Shown one piece after another: positions 39,571 to 51,121 of a DNA stretch of 64,000 bases; positions within the stretch are counted from its first letter, which is position 1, and every line of letters starts with the position of its first letter. Source of the DNA: Nitrospirota bacterium. GTDB lineage: Bacteria; Nitrospirota; UBA9217. The notes under the pieces were generated by a model. The model did not search any database. It saw only the letters and a list, made by a program, of their open reading frames with translations, and was not told the DNA's origin. The stretch spans positions 128,001 to 192,000 of the forward strand of contig CAWFSF010000003.1 in assembly GCA_963818475.1 (NCBI GenBank), written 5' to 3'. The position numbers were made by a program, and so were the translations under genes.

Positions 39571-41955
39571 TCACCTTTTCGGTTTTTTTATCTGCGACAA
39601 TCTGCGGCCAACAGTCTTTTCCGGTTCGTCAGCTGTCCAGCTCTGCGCGCACTTTCCGCAGAAGCTCTTCCAGCCGACCGGCTTGACCATGACCGGCGTC
39701 CCCGGTTCGACCAGGCCCCTCGCCACCATGACGTCGGCTGGATAGCCGCTCAGGAACAGGGCCCTGACCTCGGGGCGAAAGATCCTGATCTTGTCATAGG
39801 CTTCGCGGCCGGTCTTCTTCGGCATGACGACGTCCAGGAGCAGCAGTTTCACCCGGTCCTGGTGTTCCATGAACCGGTTCACCGCCTCCTCGCCGTCGCT
39901 TGCCTCGATAACGCTGTAGCCGTACTGAGAAAGAATGGCGGTCATGACCTGCCGGACGACTTCGTCATCTTCCGCCACCAGCACGGTCTCGGTGCCGCCG
40001 ATGATCGCGGCGCCCGGCGCGGGAATTCCCGCGTCCGCTGCCCGCGCAAGGGGCAGATAGACCTTGAAGGTGGTTCCCCTGCCGGGCGCGCCGATGACGC
40101 TGATCGCGCCGTTGTGCTGCTTGATGATGCCGTAGGCGATCGACAAGCCGAGGCCGCTCCCCGACCCCCGCTCCCTGGTCGTGAAGAAGGGCTCGAAGAT
40201 GCGCGCACGGGTCGCGTCATCCATCCCCTTGCCGGTGTCGGTCAGCGTGACGACGGCATAGGAGGCTTTCTCCAGGCCGTGCTCTGCGGCAAACGCTGCA
40301 TCAACGTCCTCCACGTCGGTCTCGATAAAGAGATAGCCCCCGCCCGCCATGGCCTCCCGCGCGTTCCTCGCTATGTTTATGAGCACCTGCTCGATCTGGA
40401 CCGCATCGGCCAGGACCGTCGGGTCTTTGTCCGTCAGCAGCATCTTCAGTTCGATGTCCTCGCCGATCAGCCGCTTGAGAAAATCCCCGACCCGGTTCAC
40501 GATCTCGTTCAGGTTCGCCGGCACGGGGTAAAGCAGCTGCTTGCGGCCGTAGGCCAGCAGGCCCTGCGTCAGCGTGGCTGCCCGGTTCGCCGCGGTCATC
40601 ATCTGCGCGACATAGGTCCGCAGCGGCTCGTTGTCGGCAAGCTTCGCCATCAGCAGGCTTCCATAGCCGGTGATGGCCGTCAGGATATTGTTAAAATCGT
40701 GGGCAATGCCTCCGGCCAGCGCGCCGAGGGACTCCATCTTCTGCGATTGGCGCAGCTGTTCTTCGAGCTTCGCGCGCTCCGAGAGGTCGATGCCGGTGGG
40801 GATCACATACTCCACCTCGTTCGACCCGTTCAGCAGCGCCGTGTTTGACCAGGCGATCAGCTTGCGCTTCCCGTCCTTCGTGATCCAGCAGTTCTCGTAC
40901 CTGCTCGGGAACATGCCGGCGGTCAGGTTCGCAAAGACGTTCTTGATCCCGGGGACCTGCTCGGGCGGTATCAGGAAATCCCAGACGTGCCTGCCGAGCA
41001 CTTCCGCTGCCGTATAGCCGCTCACCTCTTCGCAGGCATGGTTGAACCGGACGATGGTCCCGGTCCGGTCGAGGACCAGGACCATGGCGCCGACGATGTC
41101 CAGGACCTTGGCGATGAAGTCACGCTCTTTTTTGAGCTCCTCCTCGGCTGCGCGGCGCTGCGTCACATCGCGCGTGACCGCCAGCAGCGCGATGATCTTG
41201 TTCTTTTCATCGCGAAGCGGCACGGCGTGGGTTTCGAGCCTCAGCTTTCCTCCTCGTAAACCGACCATCTCGAACTCGAGCCTGCCGGTCTTTCCCTGGA
41301 ACACCTCATGGAGCAGCGCGGTAAACGGCTCGCGATGTCCGGCTGCAATGAGCGGCCCGAGAGCATGCCCCCGGACCTGCTCCAGTGAATCGGCCTCGAT
41401 CATGTCGAGCCCGGCCCGGTTCATCATCAGCAGCGAGCCGTCCTCGGCGACGAGCTTCACGCATTCCGGTTCCGTATCGATGATGGTCTGCAAAAAGGTG
41501 CGGCTGTTGCGCAGCTCCCGCTCCGCCTGCTCCCGGGCCGTGATGTCCTTGACCATGGAGACGTAGCCTTGCACCGCGCCCGAGGCGTCGCGCAGCACGG
41601 ACGTGTGCCAGTCGCAGACCAGGGCAGCGCCGTCCTTGCTGACGCATTTCAGCACCGCGGAGCCGGAATCGCCGTTCGGGAGGAGCGCTGTCTGCAGCGG
41701 TTCCGGGGCGGCGTCCTCGGACAGGGACGGCATCAGGACCGACGCGTGCTTTCCCTCTATCTCGTCAGCGGACCAGCCGAAGATGCGCTCGGCCGTCCTG
41801 TTCCATTCGAGCACGAGCAGGTCCCGGTCCCACACAATGTACCCGAGCGGCATGTTCCGGATCGTGAGCGCCAGCTGCGCCTCGGCATCGATCAGTCGGC
41901 CTCGCTTTTCGATGCTCGTCATAGTGCCCTGTTTTTCATTCGGCGTCATAAGCAA
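39571..41955 (-). CDS. Hybrid histidine kinase (3 PAS-HisKA-HATPase-REC); extreme C-terminus probably frameshifted
   Basis: [22 protein letters not shown] and DVVMP. The expected LEELLRKVR ending lies in another frame. Confidence 0.92.
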   Translation of the reverse strand: MLMTPNEKQGTMTSIEKRGRLIDAEAQLALTIRNMPLGYIVWDRDLLVLEWNRTAERIFGWSADEIEGKHASVLMPSLSEDAAPEPLQTALLPNGDSGSAVLKCVSKDGAALVCDWHTSVLRDASGAVQGYVSMVKDITAREQAERELRNSRTFLQTIIDTEPECVKLVAEDGSLLMMNRAGLDMIEADSLEQVRGHALGPLIAAGHREPFTALLHEVFQGKTGRLEFEMVGLRGGKLRLETHAVPLRDEKNKIIALLAVTRDVTQRRAAEEELKKERDFIAKVLDIVGAMVLVLDRTGTIVRFNHACEEVSGYTAAEVLGRHVWDFLIPPEQVPGIKNVFANLTAGMFPSRYENCWITKDGKRKLIAWSNTALLNGSNEVEYVIPTGIDLSERAKLEEQLRQSQKMESLGALAGGIAHDFNNILTAITGYGSLLMAKLADNEPLRTYVAQMMTAANRAATLTQGLLAYGRKQLLYPVPANLNEIVNRVGDFLKRLIGEDIELKMLLTDKDPTVLADAVQIEQVLINIARNAREAMAGGGYLFIETDVEDVDAAFAAEHGLEKASYAVVTLTDTGKGMDDATRARIFEPFFTTRERGSGSGLGLSIAYGIIKQHNGAISVIGAPGRGTTFKVYLPLARAADAGIPAPGAAIIGGTETVLVAEDDEVVRQVMTAILSQYGYSVIEASDGEEAVNRFMEHQDRVKLLLLDVVMPKKTGREAYDKIRIFRPEVRALFLSGYPADVMVARGLVEPGTPVMVKPVGWKSFCGKCAQSWTADEPEKTVGRRLSQIKKPKR

Positions 41956-41977
41956 AGGTCCTGTGCGGTTTGTTATT

Positions 41978-42006
41978 GTAGGGGCGGGTTTAAAACCCGC
42001 CCCTAC
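41978..42006. repeat. GTAG-family REP palindrome
   Basis: GTAGGGGCGGGTTTAAAACCCGCCCCTAC. Confidence 0.8.
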
Positions 42007-42087
42007 GAGGGCAAGGCCATACTGAAAATATACCAGAAAAAACGCTATTTGGCGCAGGGTGTTGCCTTCTTGACGGGGTGGGAAAGC

Positions 42088-42861
42088 TCAGAGGGAGAAC
42101 AGGTCGGAGACAGCGTAGCGGTCGGCAGTATAGAGCCTGATGTGCCCGGCAACAACTTCGCGGTGGGTCTTGAGTGCCACGTCGGGCCGGTTGTTCTTGT
42201 CGGAAAGATGGGACAAACAGGCCCACTTGAGACGGCCTGCTTCGCCGGCGCGGCGCAGGACCTCGGCAGCCTCGTGGTTCGAAATGTGGCCCTTGGGACC
42301 CTTGATCCGCTGTTTGAGAAAAGCGGGATAGGGCCCGTTAGCAAGCATGTCGGGATCGTAGTTGCTTTCGAGGAACACCGCGTCGAGGGAGGAAACGAGG
42401 TGAATGAGGTCTTTGAACACGTGGCCCAGGTCGGTCATGACGCCCAGCCGTTTTGCGCCCGCCTCGATCACAAAGACCGAGCCGTCCACGGCGTCGTGCG
42501 GCGTCGAGATGGTGTGGACCTGGACCTCGCCGAACTTGAGCCGGTCGCCCGACCGGAAGGAACGGACATCCTTCAGCTTGCCGAGCGTGCTGCTGCGCGA
42601 CGCTGCCGCGGCGAGCGTTGCCGGCGTGACGTAGATCGGCAGGCCGAACTTGCGCTGGAACACGCCCGCATGGCCGATATGGTCGCCGTGGTCGTGCGAG
42701 ATGATGACCGCATCCACCTTCCGGATGTCGCGGCCGTGCTTTGCCAGCCGCTCGGCGGCCTGAACGCCGGTGATGCCCGCGTCGAGCAGAAGCCTGACGC
42801 CGCAGGTCTCGACGTAGATGCAGTTGCCGCTGCTGCCCGACTGGAGTGAGATGGCGATCAT
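42088..42861 (-). CDS. MBL-fold metallo-hydrolase (WalJ/YycJ-like)
   Basis: SGSSGNC, SHDHGDH, PHDA, TDLG, ESNYD, GHISN and HLS. Confidence 0.9.
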   Translation of the reverse strand: MIAISLQSGSSGNCIYVETCGVRLLLDAGITGVQAAERLAKHGRDIRKVDAVIISHDHGDHIGHAGVFQRKFGLPIYVTPATLAAAASRSSTLGKLKDVRSFRSGDRLKFGEVQVHTISTPHDAVDGSVFVIEAGAKRLGVMTDLGHVFKDLIHLVSSLDAVFLESNYDPDMLANGPYPAFLKQRIKGPKGHISNHEAAEVLRRAGEAGRLKWACLSHLSDKNNRPDVALKTHREVVAGHIRLYTADRYAVSDLFSL

Positions 42862-43065
42862 GGTCGGCACTGTAACAGGGCATCGGAAGATTGTCAACGG
42901 GGAATGCGGGGGATCAGCCGGAAAAGAGCATTTGGACGCGGATAAAGACAGATAAACATTTTGAGACTAAACAGGTAACGTCTCTCTTCGGGCGGGAGGC
43001 AGTGCAGATAGATCATCGTCGTCCTGATGTCCGCATGGCTTAGGAGCGTCTGGATCGTGCGGAGG

Positions 43066-43185
43066 ATGAAACACGGATATACCCTGAAAGAGATTGCCGA
43101 TCATATAGGAATACACTATACTACCGTCAGTAAAGTAGTGAAGGGTTTTGGAGAACCACAATCAAATTTACGAATGATCGAATAG
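43066..43185 (+). pseudogene. C-terminal HTH remnant of a RAYT transposase
   Basis: Translates as MKHGYTLKEIADHIGIHYTTVSKVVKG..., matching KYGYTQRAIADHLGMHFTYVSQLMKK at the end of the RAYT at 17705. Too short for the ORF track. Confidence 0.75.
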
Positions 43186-43208
43186 ACTTTTTAAGCGAAA
43201 CACCCTCG

Positions 43209-43589
43209 ATGACCAATCACGAAGAACAAACAATAAAAGCATTCATCCTAAAAGAGAAAAGCGAACGTTATCTCTCGTTTTTGAGCAATAAAAAGCGAAG
43301 AAAGGAAGTTCTAGACCGACTTAATCATTGTAAGGATTTTGATGAACGCTTTGTTCAATGGTTGCCGAGCAATGCAGATGTAGTCAAGATTCTGTTGCAA
43401 GCCGGATCACCGGCAGAAGTATATGTGATTTCGGATAGCAAGCTAGACGGCAAGGTTATGCCTCTTCCCGATGCAATCCATGAAACTTCAATGAATGGAT
43501 CGGGCACTATAGTATCGTGTATACCGGGGAAATTAGCCTATTACTACGATGAGGTCGGCGAACGCCGTGGGCTATTGAAGAGAAGCTAA
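43209..43589 (+). CDS. Hypothetical gene-cassette protein
   Basis: AT-rich 126-aa ORF whose stop codon is followed by an attC after one base. Confidence 0.75.
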   Translation: MTNHEEQTIKAFILKEKSERYLSFLSNKKRRKEVLDRLNHCKDFDERFVQWLPSNADVVKILLQAGSPAEVYVISDSKLDGKVMPLPDAIHETSMNGSGTIVSCIPGKLAYYYDEVGERRGLLKRS

Positions 43590-43590
43590 A

Positions 43591-43648
43591 GCCTAACACT
43601 CGCGTCGAGAGGGTCGCGAAAACCGCGCCTCTCACGCGCTCGTTATGC
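43591..43648 (+). other. Integron attC site (58 bp)
   Basis: R'' GCCTAAC, 5-nt spacer, L'' CGTCGAG with an extra base, central stem, L' CTCACG, R' GTTATGC. Confidence 0.85.
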
Positions 43649-43687
43649 GAGAATTTGAACAAATGGAATACAGAAGGAAAACCCACA

Positions 43688-44557
43688 ATGTCGGTCACGA
43701 CCAAACTCACCCTTACTGATAATCTGCCACTTACCTGTTCACGTTCAGGCACCTGCTGTCATGGCAAAACTGTCAGGCTGAACCCGTGGGAACTGGCGTG
43801 TCTGGCTGAAGCAAAAGGACTGACCCCGAGGGCGTTTCGTGATCGTTACTGCGATTTTGGCGGCATCCATTTGCGTTTTGATGGCGCACCCGGCTGGAGA
43901 CAGCAGCCGGCGTGCAGCCAGTATGTACCTGATTTTGGATGCAGCGTGCATGTGGGGCGACCATTGGCCTGCCGGTTATATCCTCTTGGCCGCCAAAGGC
44001 AGGGCGAGGAACTGCACTACATGTACCAGGGGAGTGATTTACCCTGTATGGAAGGGTGTCCGGAAGTTTTAGATTTACCTCAATTGAGTGTCGCCGCCTA
44101 CATTGAAGGACAGGCCGCGAAGCGCTTCGAAGTTGCTCAGGATGAGTATCTCGAACTGATGCAAAATTTAGCTGACAGCGCTTTCGCCCTTCTGCTGGAA
44201 AGTGGTTTGGCCGAATCGGGTGACCGGCAGACATTGCGTCTCTGGCGAGAGATGGGTAGAGAAGAGCCCGAACAATTGCAGGACCGGCTTGGTCCCGAGT
44301 GGATCGACCTGCTGATGCTCCCTGAGTTAACGGATGGCTTACATGATCCCATAGCTTTTTCCCGCCGGCATCACGATCTACTCCTCTTGAAAGCTCAAGA
44401 ATCATTTGGCACACTGGACAATGTCACCGATTTCTGCAAAGCATCGGAATTATTGATGGGACTGGCGCTGCACCTTGGCCGTGGTCTGGGCGCAAATCCT
44501 GCCGAACTGGCCGAACACTGGATCAAGACTGCAAAAGAACATGGGGCGCTTGACTAG
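43688..44557 (+). CDS. YkgJ-family cysteine-cluster protein
   Basis: CSRSGTCC...C...GCSVHVGRPLACRLYPL...CMEGCP. Confidence 0.8.
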   Translation: MSVTTKLTLTDNLPLTCSRSGTCCHGKTVRLNPWELACLAEAKGLTPRAFRDRYCDFGGIHLRFDGAPGWRQQPACSQYVPDFGCSVHVGRPLACRLYPLGRQRQGEELHYMYQGSDLPCMEGCPEVLDLPQLSVAAYIEGQAAKRFEVAQDEYLELMQNLADSAFALLLESGLAESGDRQTLRLWREMGREEPEQLQDRLGPEWIDLLMLPELTDGLHDPIAFSRRHHDLLLLKAQESFGTLDNVTDFCKASELLMGLALHLGRGLGANPAELAEHWIKTAKEHGALD

Positions 44558-44612
44558 CGGCATCTGGACGGGGAACCTTCAAATGGTATCATAAACTGCT
44601 AGCGTGCACACG

Positions 44613-47600
44613 CTACCGCTCTTTCACCACTGCTTCGACCTTCATCTCCCTGCCATCCCGCAGGAATAGAATGCTCACCCGGTCTTCCGGCTTCAAGGTC
44701 TTCAGGAGATCGGAAAATTCTTTCAGTCCGCTGATCGGCACGGTGTTGATCTTGACGATCACATCGCCCTCCTGCATTCCCGCGGCTTCTGCCGGAGATC
44801 CGGGTACCACGCCGGAAAGCCTGAACCCTTTGCCCTGATACGCAAAATCCGGGATCGTGCCGAGGCTCACCTTCCGTTCTGTTTTCGTTGAAGCCTTGGC
44901 GTTGGCCGGGGCTGCACCCGATCCGGTCAGCGGTTCCGGCCTGCCCGCAAGGTACTCGACTGCTTCTTTGGCAACGGCCGCCACTTTCACGAGCCCGTCT
45001 GCATCGATCTTGTCGGACGTGTCGGTTGTGCGGTGATAATCAGGATTGGGGCCGGAGAAAAGCTGGACCGCGGGCACGCCCTTTTCCTGAAAGCTCTTCT
45101 GGTCGCTCGAATCCAGCTCCTGCGACACGGTCTCGATATCGACGCCTGTTACGAACCCTGCTCCCCGGAAGATATGGACCCACTCTTTTGCCGAGCCCGC
45201 GCCGAGCACCAGGAGCTTCCCCTTGCCGAGCCTGCCGACGGTGTCGAGGTTCACCATGCCGATGCATTTGTCCGCGGGATACTTCTTTTCATTCACAACG
45301 TAATACTGCGAACCCCGCTTTCCCGCTTCCTCTCCGGTAAAGGCGACGAAGACGATGGTGCGGTCCGGCTGCGGTGCTTTGGCGAGGACGCGCGCAAGCT
45401 CGATCAGCACTGCCACGCCGCTTGCGTTGTCGTCCGCACCGGGATGGACCCTGCCCTTCTGGCCTTCCCGTGCGTCCGGCCAGCCGAGCCCCAGGTGGTC
45501 GTAGTGCGCTCCGACCACGACGCTCTGGCCTGCCATGGCCGGGTTCTTTCCCGGGATGATGCCGATCACGTTCTTCATGACCGCCTTGCGCATCGGCTCT
45601 CCGCCGCTTTCTTCCCAGGCCTGGAACCAGGTATTGTCCCTGATCGCCGGCCGGCAGCAGCCCGGCCTGCTTGAACTGCTGCGCAATATAATCGGCTGCC
45701 TTGTCAAGCCCCGGCGTGCCGAACCCGCGGCCTTCGAGCTCCTTATCCGACAGATATTGCACCGTTTCCATCATCGCTTCTTTTGAGAAGACCGCGGGCA
45801 GCACGGCCAGCGGCTCTCGCGCAGCCAGTTTGCCCATCTCGACCCTGCGCACCTTTCCGTCGACATCAGGCAGCAGCACGGTCAGGGGGGAATCGACGAC
45901 CGGCCATCGTCCTTTTGCCACATTGGCGGGTTCGGCTCCCTCGAAGGCGAGGTAGCTGTACTTGTGATAGTGCGGCAGCTTCCGGCCGAGGCCGGGCAGG
46001 GCGTCCGCGCGGTCCGCTGCAATGAACAGCAGGGCGAGGTCCTTGTTCTTCGGAAGCCGCGCGGAAAACACAAATGCATGTCCGTGACCGTCGATCTCCG
46101 TCTGGCTGATGCGCACAGCCTGCGGGCTCACGAGCACATCATATCCTGACAGAGCGGCTGTCGCTTCGTTCAGAAAACGGTTCTCCCATCCAAGAAGGGT
46201 CACGGCCCGGTCCGCGGGAAGGGCCGCTACCTCTGCGTCAAGCTTAACCTCGACCTCGTCCGGCCCGGACCTGCCGATGGACTGCGGCAAGCTCGCGATA
46301 GGCCTGGAGCAGTTCCTTCGGCGCGGACGACGGCAGGAGGACCAGCATCTTTTTTGCGCCCAGCGCCTGCGACATGGCAGGCGGCAGTTCCTCGCGATCA
46401 AGCCTGCGGAACAGGTCGAACTCCGGATCAATGTCGAGCCTCACCGGACGGCCCGGCAGCCGGAGGTTCATCTCCAGTTTTTTCTCCCGCATCTCCACGA
46501 CCGTCTGGAACGCCTTGTCTTTGCCCGCCCATGGTCATCGCGCAGCGGGAACGCGCAGATCATAGGCTTCGCCCGGCTGGGTCTGTTCGAGCCGGGCTGA
46601 AAGAATGAACCCGTCCTTCACGGCAAGCGCATTGGCTTCGCTCACCTTGATGGCCGGCGCGCCTGTTCTGCGCGACCCATTGTTCGAATTCCTGCGCCAG
46701 GTCTTTTCCCGAAGCTGCTTCGAAGCTCGTGCGCAGATCGTCAAAACCCGCCGAACGGAACCGGTAGTTCGTATAGAAACCCCGGATGCCCTGTTTGAAG
46801 ACGTCGTCGCCCAGCTCGAGCCGCAGCATGTGGAAGAACATGAGCGACTTGCCGTACCCGATCGCTTCAGAGGACGAGCTGTGGCGCGAACGGAACTGCG
46901 TGAGCGGAAAGTCCCTGTTGCCGAGCACGTAGTCAGCATACTTCTGGAGGGTGTTCAGCCGGTACTCGGCCCCGCCGCCCTGCTGCTCTTTCATCAGATG
47001 ATCGGCAAGATAGGCGGTGAGGCCTTCGGACCAGTTGCCCTTCTCGTACTCCGGGAACACGCTGTTGCCCCACCAGTTGTGCAGGATCTCGTGCGGATAG
47101 GAGGTGTTGATGATGAACGGCAGACGGATGATCTTCGGCCCGAGCAGCGTGAACGACGGCATGCCGAAGCCCGTTTCCCAGAAGTTCTCGACCAGCGCGA
47201 ACTTCTTGTAGGGATAGGGGCCGATGAGCTTGTCGTACAGGGCGAGGTAGCTTGCGGTGGCGTCGAGATATTTCCCGGCCAGGCCGGGGTCGGGCGTGCG
47301 CAGGAATGCCATGGCCTCGGCAGGGCCCGCGGGCTTGTCGTATTCAATGAACTTCGCGGCAACGAGGTAGATCTCCTCCTGCGGTTCCGAAGATTGCCAG
47401 CGGACCGTGGTCTTTTTTTTCTTCAGCTCGTGGAGCGTCCGTTCGCCCTGGCTTACGGCGTCCCAGTTCTCCGGCAGCGCGACCTCGAGATCAAAGGTCA
47501 TGAGGCCCGTGCCGAAATCGGGATACCAGTTCGTGTTCCCGGACAGGACCACGCCGTCACTCGTGATCAGCCCCGGCGAATCCTGGAACCCCCGCGCCTG

Positions 47601-47985
47601 TTCCGCGCCTGCGGCCTCCAGCGGATGATCGATGACGCCGCTGTACCGGAGCGTGAAGCGTGCGCACTGCTGCCGGAAAGCGCACCCGATAGACCTCGAC
47701 AGGAACGGCACGGGTGATGCTCGCCTCTTTCGTGATCTTCACTCCCCGGGTCGCTGACGCGGGCTTGAGACCGGCATGGAGAACAAAGGTGATCTCGTCC
47801 GGGGTGCCGGCAGGAAGCGTGATCGTGTCGATGGCGCTTAGGCGATGCCTTTCCGGCGAGAGGGTGACCGTGAGGTCGTGGTGAATGTATGCGTCGCGCG
47901 CAGAAGCCTGTCCGGACAACGGAATCAGGCCGGCCAGGACAACGAACACCAAAAGATGGATTGGAATATTTTTCTTCATAACCAC
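44613..47985 (-). CDS. Secreted M1 aminopeptidase-M28 peptidase-PDZ fusion (several frameshifts)
   Basis: M1 HEILHNWWG..SEG motif, M28 GAHYDHLG / GADDNASG / GEE / YH motifs, and PDZ SLGTIPD..GSPAEAAG. Confidence 0.85.
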
Positions 47986-48046
47986 GTGGATGGCGCTGAC
48001 CGCCAGAGGGTTCCCGGAACCATCCTCCTTTGGTGGTGCCCGAAGA

Positions 48047-50878
48047 TCAGGTTAACAACGTGTGCAGGATTTTATTTAATTCAGCTATGTCATAGGGCTT
48101 CTTCAGGACTTCGGTGAATCCCTGCTCGCGGTAGTCCGCGGTAACGGCATCATCGGAATAGCCGCTGGACATGATCGCTTTGACGTTCGGGGCGAACTCA
48201 CGGAGTTTTTTAACGGTTTCCGCCCCTCCCATGCCGCCGCGGATCGTCAGGTCGAGGATGACGATATCGAACGGCCTGCCAGCTCTGGCTGCTTCCTGAT
48301 ACTTGGCCAGCGCCGCTTCGCCATGGGCTGCGACCTCCACCTCATGCCCGAGCGCGCGCAGCAACTCCCTCGCGAGGCTCCTGATCAGTTCTTCATCGTC
48401 CATGACCAGGATCCGCCCTTTTGGTGCCCCTGCAGGCGACGTCCAGCCAGTGGTCTCCACTACCGACCTGGCCGTCGTGGCGGGGATATAGAGTGTGAAC
48501 AGGCTCCCCTTGCCGGCCGCTGATGTGACCAGGATCTCTCCCGCGTGATTCCGGATGATCGAATAGGAGGTCGCCAGCCCGAGGCCGCTCCCTTTGTCCT
48601 TGGTGGTGAAATAGGGGTCGAATATCTTGTTCAGGTAGCCCTCCGGAATGCCGACACCATTGTCCTCGATCGTGAGAACGACATAGTTGTCCTGTGCAAG
48701 CGTGGACGGCAGCGATCTGTCGTCGGCGGCAACGTTCCGCGCAGCGATCTTCACCACGCCGCCCTTCGGCATGGCCTGGTCGGCGTTCAGCACGATGTTC
48801 TGGATCACCTGGCCCAGCTGGCCTGCGTCGCCATTCACCTGCCACAGTCCATGGTCGATATTCAACTGGTACTCGGTGCGCGAACCGCTGAGCGCGAACT
48901 TTACGGCATTCTCGATCACGGGCTCCAGGGACAACGGCTTCTTGACCGGCTTGCCTCCCTTGGAGAAGGTCAGAAGCTGGGTCGTGAGGTTGACCGACTG
49001 GTGGAGCGCCTTTTCCGCCTGTTCGAGCATGGCGAGCGACTTTTCTTTCTGGTCATAGGTCATTATTGCCATGGAAATGTAGCCGAAAATGCCCTGCAGC
49101 AGGTTGTTGAAGTCGTGGGCAATGCCGCCGGCCAGCGTGCCGATGGATTCGAGTTTCTGGGTCTTGAGCCGCTCTTCCTCGAGGAGATGCTTCTCCGTGA
49201 TATTATTGACCGTCTCGATCACCGAGGTAACGTTGCCTTCGGTGTCCTTGATGGGGAATCCTTTTGTTTCCACATAGAGCACATGCCCTTCGTGGTCACG
49301 GTGCCGATGGAGCACTGCATGAGGCTTCCCGGTCGCGAAGACCTGCCGGACCGCGCATTCCTCTCCCTCCTCGTAGCAGGGCCGGCTGTTGTTGTGCGAT
49401 ATCTCGTAGCAGTGCCTGCCGATGACCTCTTCACAGGGCAGGGCCGCCTGGCCGCAGTAGGCCTTGTTGGCGGTCAGAATGCGGTAATCCTTGTCAATGA
49501 CGATAAAGCCCTCGTCCACCGTGTCAAGGATGCTCCTGATGAACTCCTCGTTCTGCCGGATCTTTTCCTCGGCCTCTTTGCGCTCGGTAATGTCCCGGCT
49601 GACCACCACCAGCCCCGTAAGATCGCCTTTGTTGTCAAAGATAGGGGCTTTAACAACATCGAGGAACCTCGTCTCGCCGTTCTTATCGGTATAGTACTCG
49701 TCGGAAGAAACAGGTCTGCCTCTTTTTATCGCCTCCGCATCGCTCTTTTTACACTTTTCAGCAACGTCCGGAGGCGACAGTTCATCATCGGTCATACCCG
49801 CAAGCGCATCCTGCCCGAGGCCGCAGGTTTCCTCCATTGCCTTGTTTACCAGCAAAAAACGTCCCTTGGAATCCTTGAAAAAAACCTGGTCAGGAATGGC
49901 GTGTAGCAAGGTTTGGAGCATGGTGTTTTTCTCGCTAAGCTTTTCTTCAGCCAGCTTGCGTTCGGTGATATCGCGGAAGACTCCGATGAGGCATTGTCTC
50001 CCTCCGATGACCACGGGCGTTGCATTGATGTCTGCATAGACAACGGAGCCGTCCTTCCGCACCAAGGGGACGTCCGGCGCCATCGAGATCTCTCCCCGCA
50101 CCTGGCGTTCAAAAAGGTCCAGGACGCGCTGCAGGTCTTTTTTCGGATGCATCTCCTCAACACTGAGAGCGCTGAGCTCGTCGCGAGTGTATCCAAGCAT
50201 GGCGCAGATGGCCTGGTTCGCCTCGATGTTCCTTTTCTGCGCGGGATCGGCTATCATGATCCCGTCGGTCGCCTGCTCAAAAATGGACCGGAACCGGTCC
50301 TCGGACTCCCGGAGCATGCGCTCCGCGTCTGTCCGTTCTGTGATGTCCTGCACGATACCGAGCATACGCACCGGTGCTCCGGACGCGTCGCGGATAATCT
50401 GCCCGATCGTGTGCAGCATTGCCGCTGAGCCGTCCTTTCGGAAGAACCGGTAGTCCATCTCGAAATGACGGTCTTCTTTCAACGCGGCGTCGATGGCCTT
50501 CAAAAAAACATCCTTGCTTTCGGGGTGCATCTGCGCAAGCACCAGGCCGTAGTCAGGGGCCACGGACCGCGGTTCGAAACCATAAATACGGTAGAGTTCA
50601 TCGGACCAGTGGACCGCATTGGTGGCAAGGTCCCACTCCCAGTCGCCTACATGGGATATCACCTGCGCCCGGGAAAGGCGATCTTCATTCCTTCGCTGCG
50701 ACGATTCCGCCTCTTCAACCTTCTTGCATTCGGGCGTGTCCTGCAAAACGCCGTGATCTGCCGCCTTTTGCCCGGGGCTTTTCGCAGGACTTGCTGTCCG
50801 TGACGAGGCCGCGGTTTTTTTTCCGGAAGCGGTTGCTTTCGGCTTGCTCCCCTTTGCTGGTTCCTTTTTCTTCGGCAT
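48047..50878 (-). CDS. Hybrid histidine kinase (4 PAS-HisKA-HATPase-REC)
   Basis: [23 protein letters not shown], and REC motifs MDDE / DLTI / KP. Confidence 0.93.
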   Translation of the reverse strand: MPKKKEPAKGSKPKATASGKKTAASSRTASPAKSPGQKAADHGVLQDTPECKKVEEAESSQRRNEDRLSRAQVISHVGDWEWDLATNAVHWSDELYRIYGFEPRSVAPDYGLVLAQMHPESKDVFLKAIDAALKEDRHFEMDYRFFRKDGSAAMLHTIGQIIRDASGAPVRMLGIVQDITERTDAERMLRESEDRFRSIFEQATDGIMIADPAQKRNIEANQAICAMLGYTRDELSALSVEEMHPKKDLQRVLDLFERQVRGEISMAPDVPLVRKDGSVVYADINATPVVIGGRQCLIGVFRDITERKLAEEKLSEKNTMLQTLLHAIPDQVFFKDSKGRFLLVNKAMEETCGLGQDALAGMTDDELSPPDVAEKCKKSDAEAIKRGRPVSSDEYYTDKNGETRFLDVVKAPIFDNKGDLTGLVVVSRDITERKEAEEKIRQNEEFIRSILDTVDEGFIVIDKDYRILTANKAYCGQAALPCEEVIGRHCYEISHNNSRPCYEEGEECAVRQVFATGKPHAVLHRHRDHEGHVLYVETKGFPIKDTEGNVTSVIETVNNITEKHLLEEERLKTQKLESIGTLAGGIAHDFNNLLQGIFGYISMAIMTYDQKEKSLAMLEQAEKALHQSVNLTTQLLTFSKGGKPVKKPLSLEPVIENAVKFALSGSRTEYQLNIDHGLWQVNGDAGQLGQVIQNIVLNADQAMPKGGVVKIAARNVAADDRSLPSTLAQDNYVVLTIEDNGVGIPEGYLNKIFDPYFTTKDKGSGLGLATSYSIIRNHAGEILVTSAAGKGSLFTLYIPATTARSVVETTGWTSPAGAPKGRILVMDDEELIRSLARELLRALGHEVEVAAHGEAALAKYQEAARAGRPFDIVILDLTIRGGMGGAETVKKLREFAPNVKAIMSSGYSDDAVTADYREQGFTEVLKKPYDIAELNKILHTLLT

Positions 50879-51121
50879 GCTTGCACTCCCGGACCACTCA
50901 AAATAGCTCAGGATTTTTACTTACGTGCCCGATGTAATACTAATGTAGTATAGCAGAAAAGCGCAAACATTTAGACGCGAATGAAACAAGTTTGCGGGAA
51001 AAGAGCTTCGTGGTAGCTGGCTCTTCTCAATGAACCGGAGCAGTACACTCCTTTTCCCTCACGAAAGCGGAGGGTTACCTGTTTGATCGCCTTCCCAAAA
51101 CACACTGATTGCAGAAAAAAA

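Noticed and set aside
44558-44612. attC after the YkgJ-like gene
   Set aside because: No RYYYAAC...GTTRRRY pair or L boxes found.
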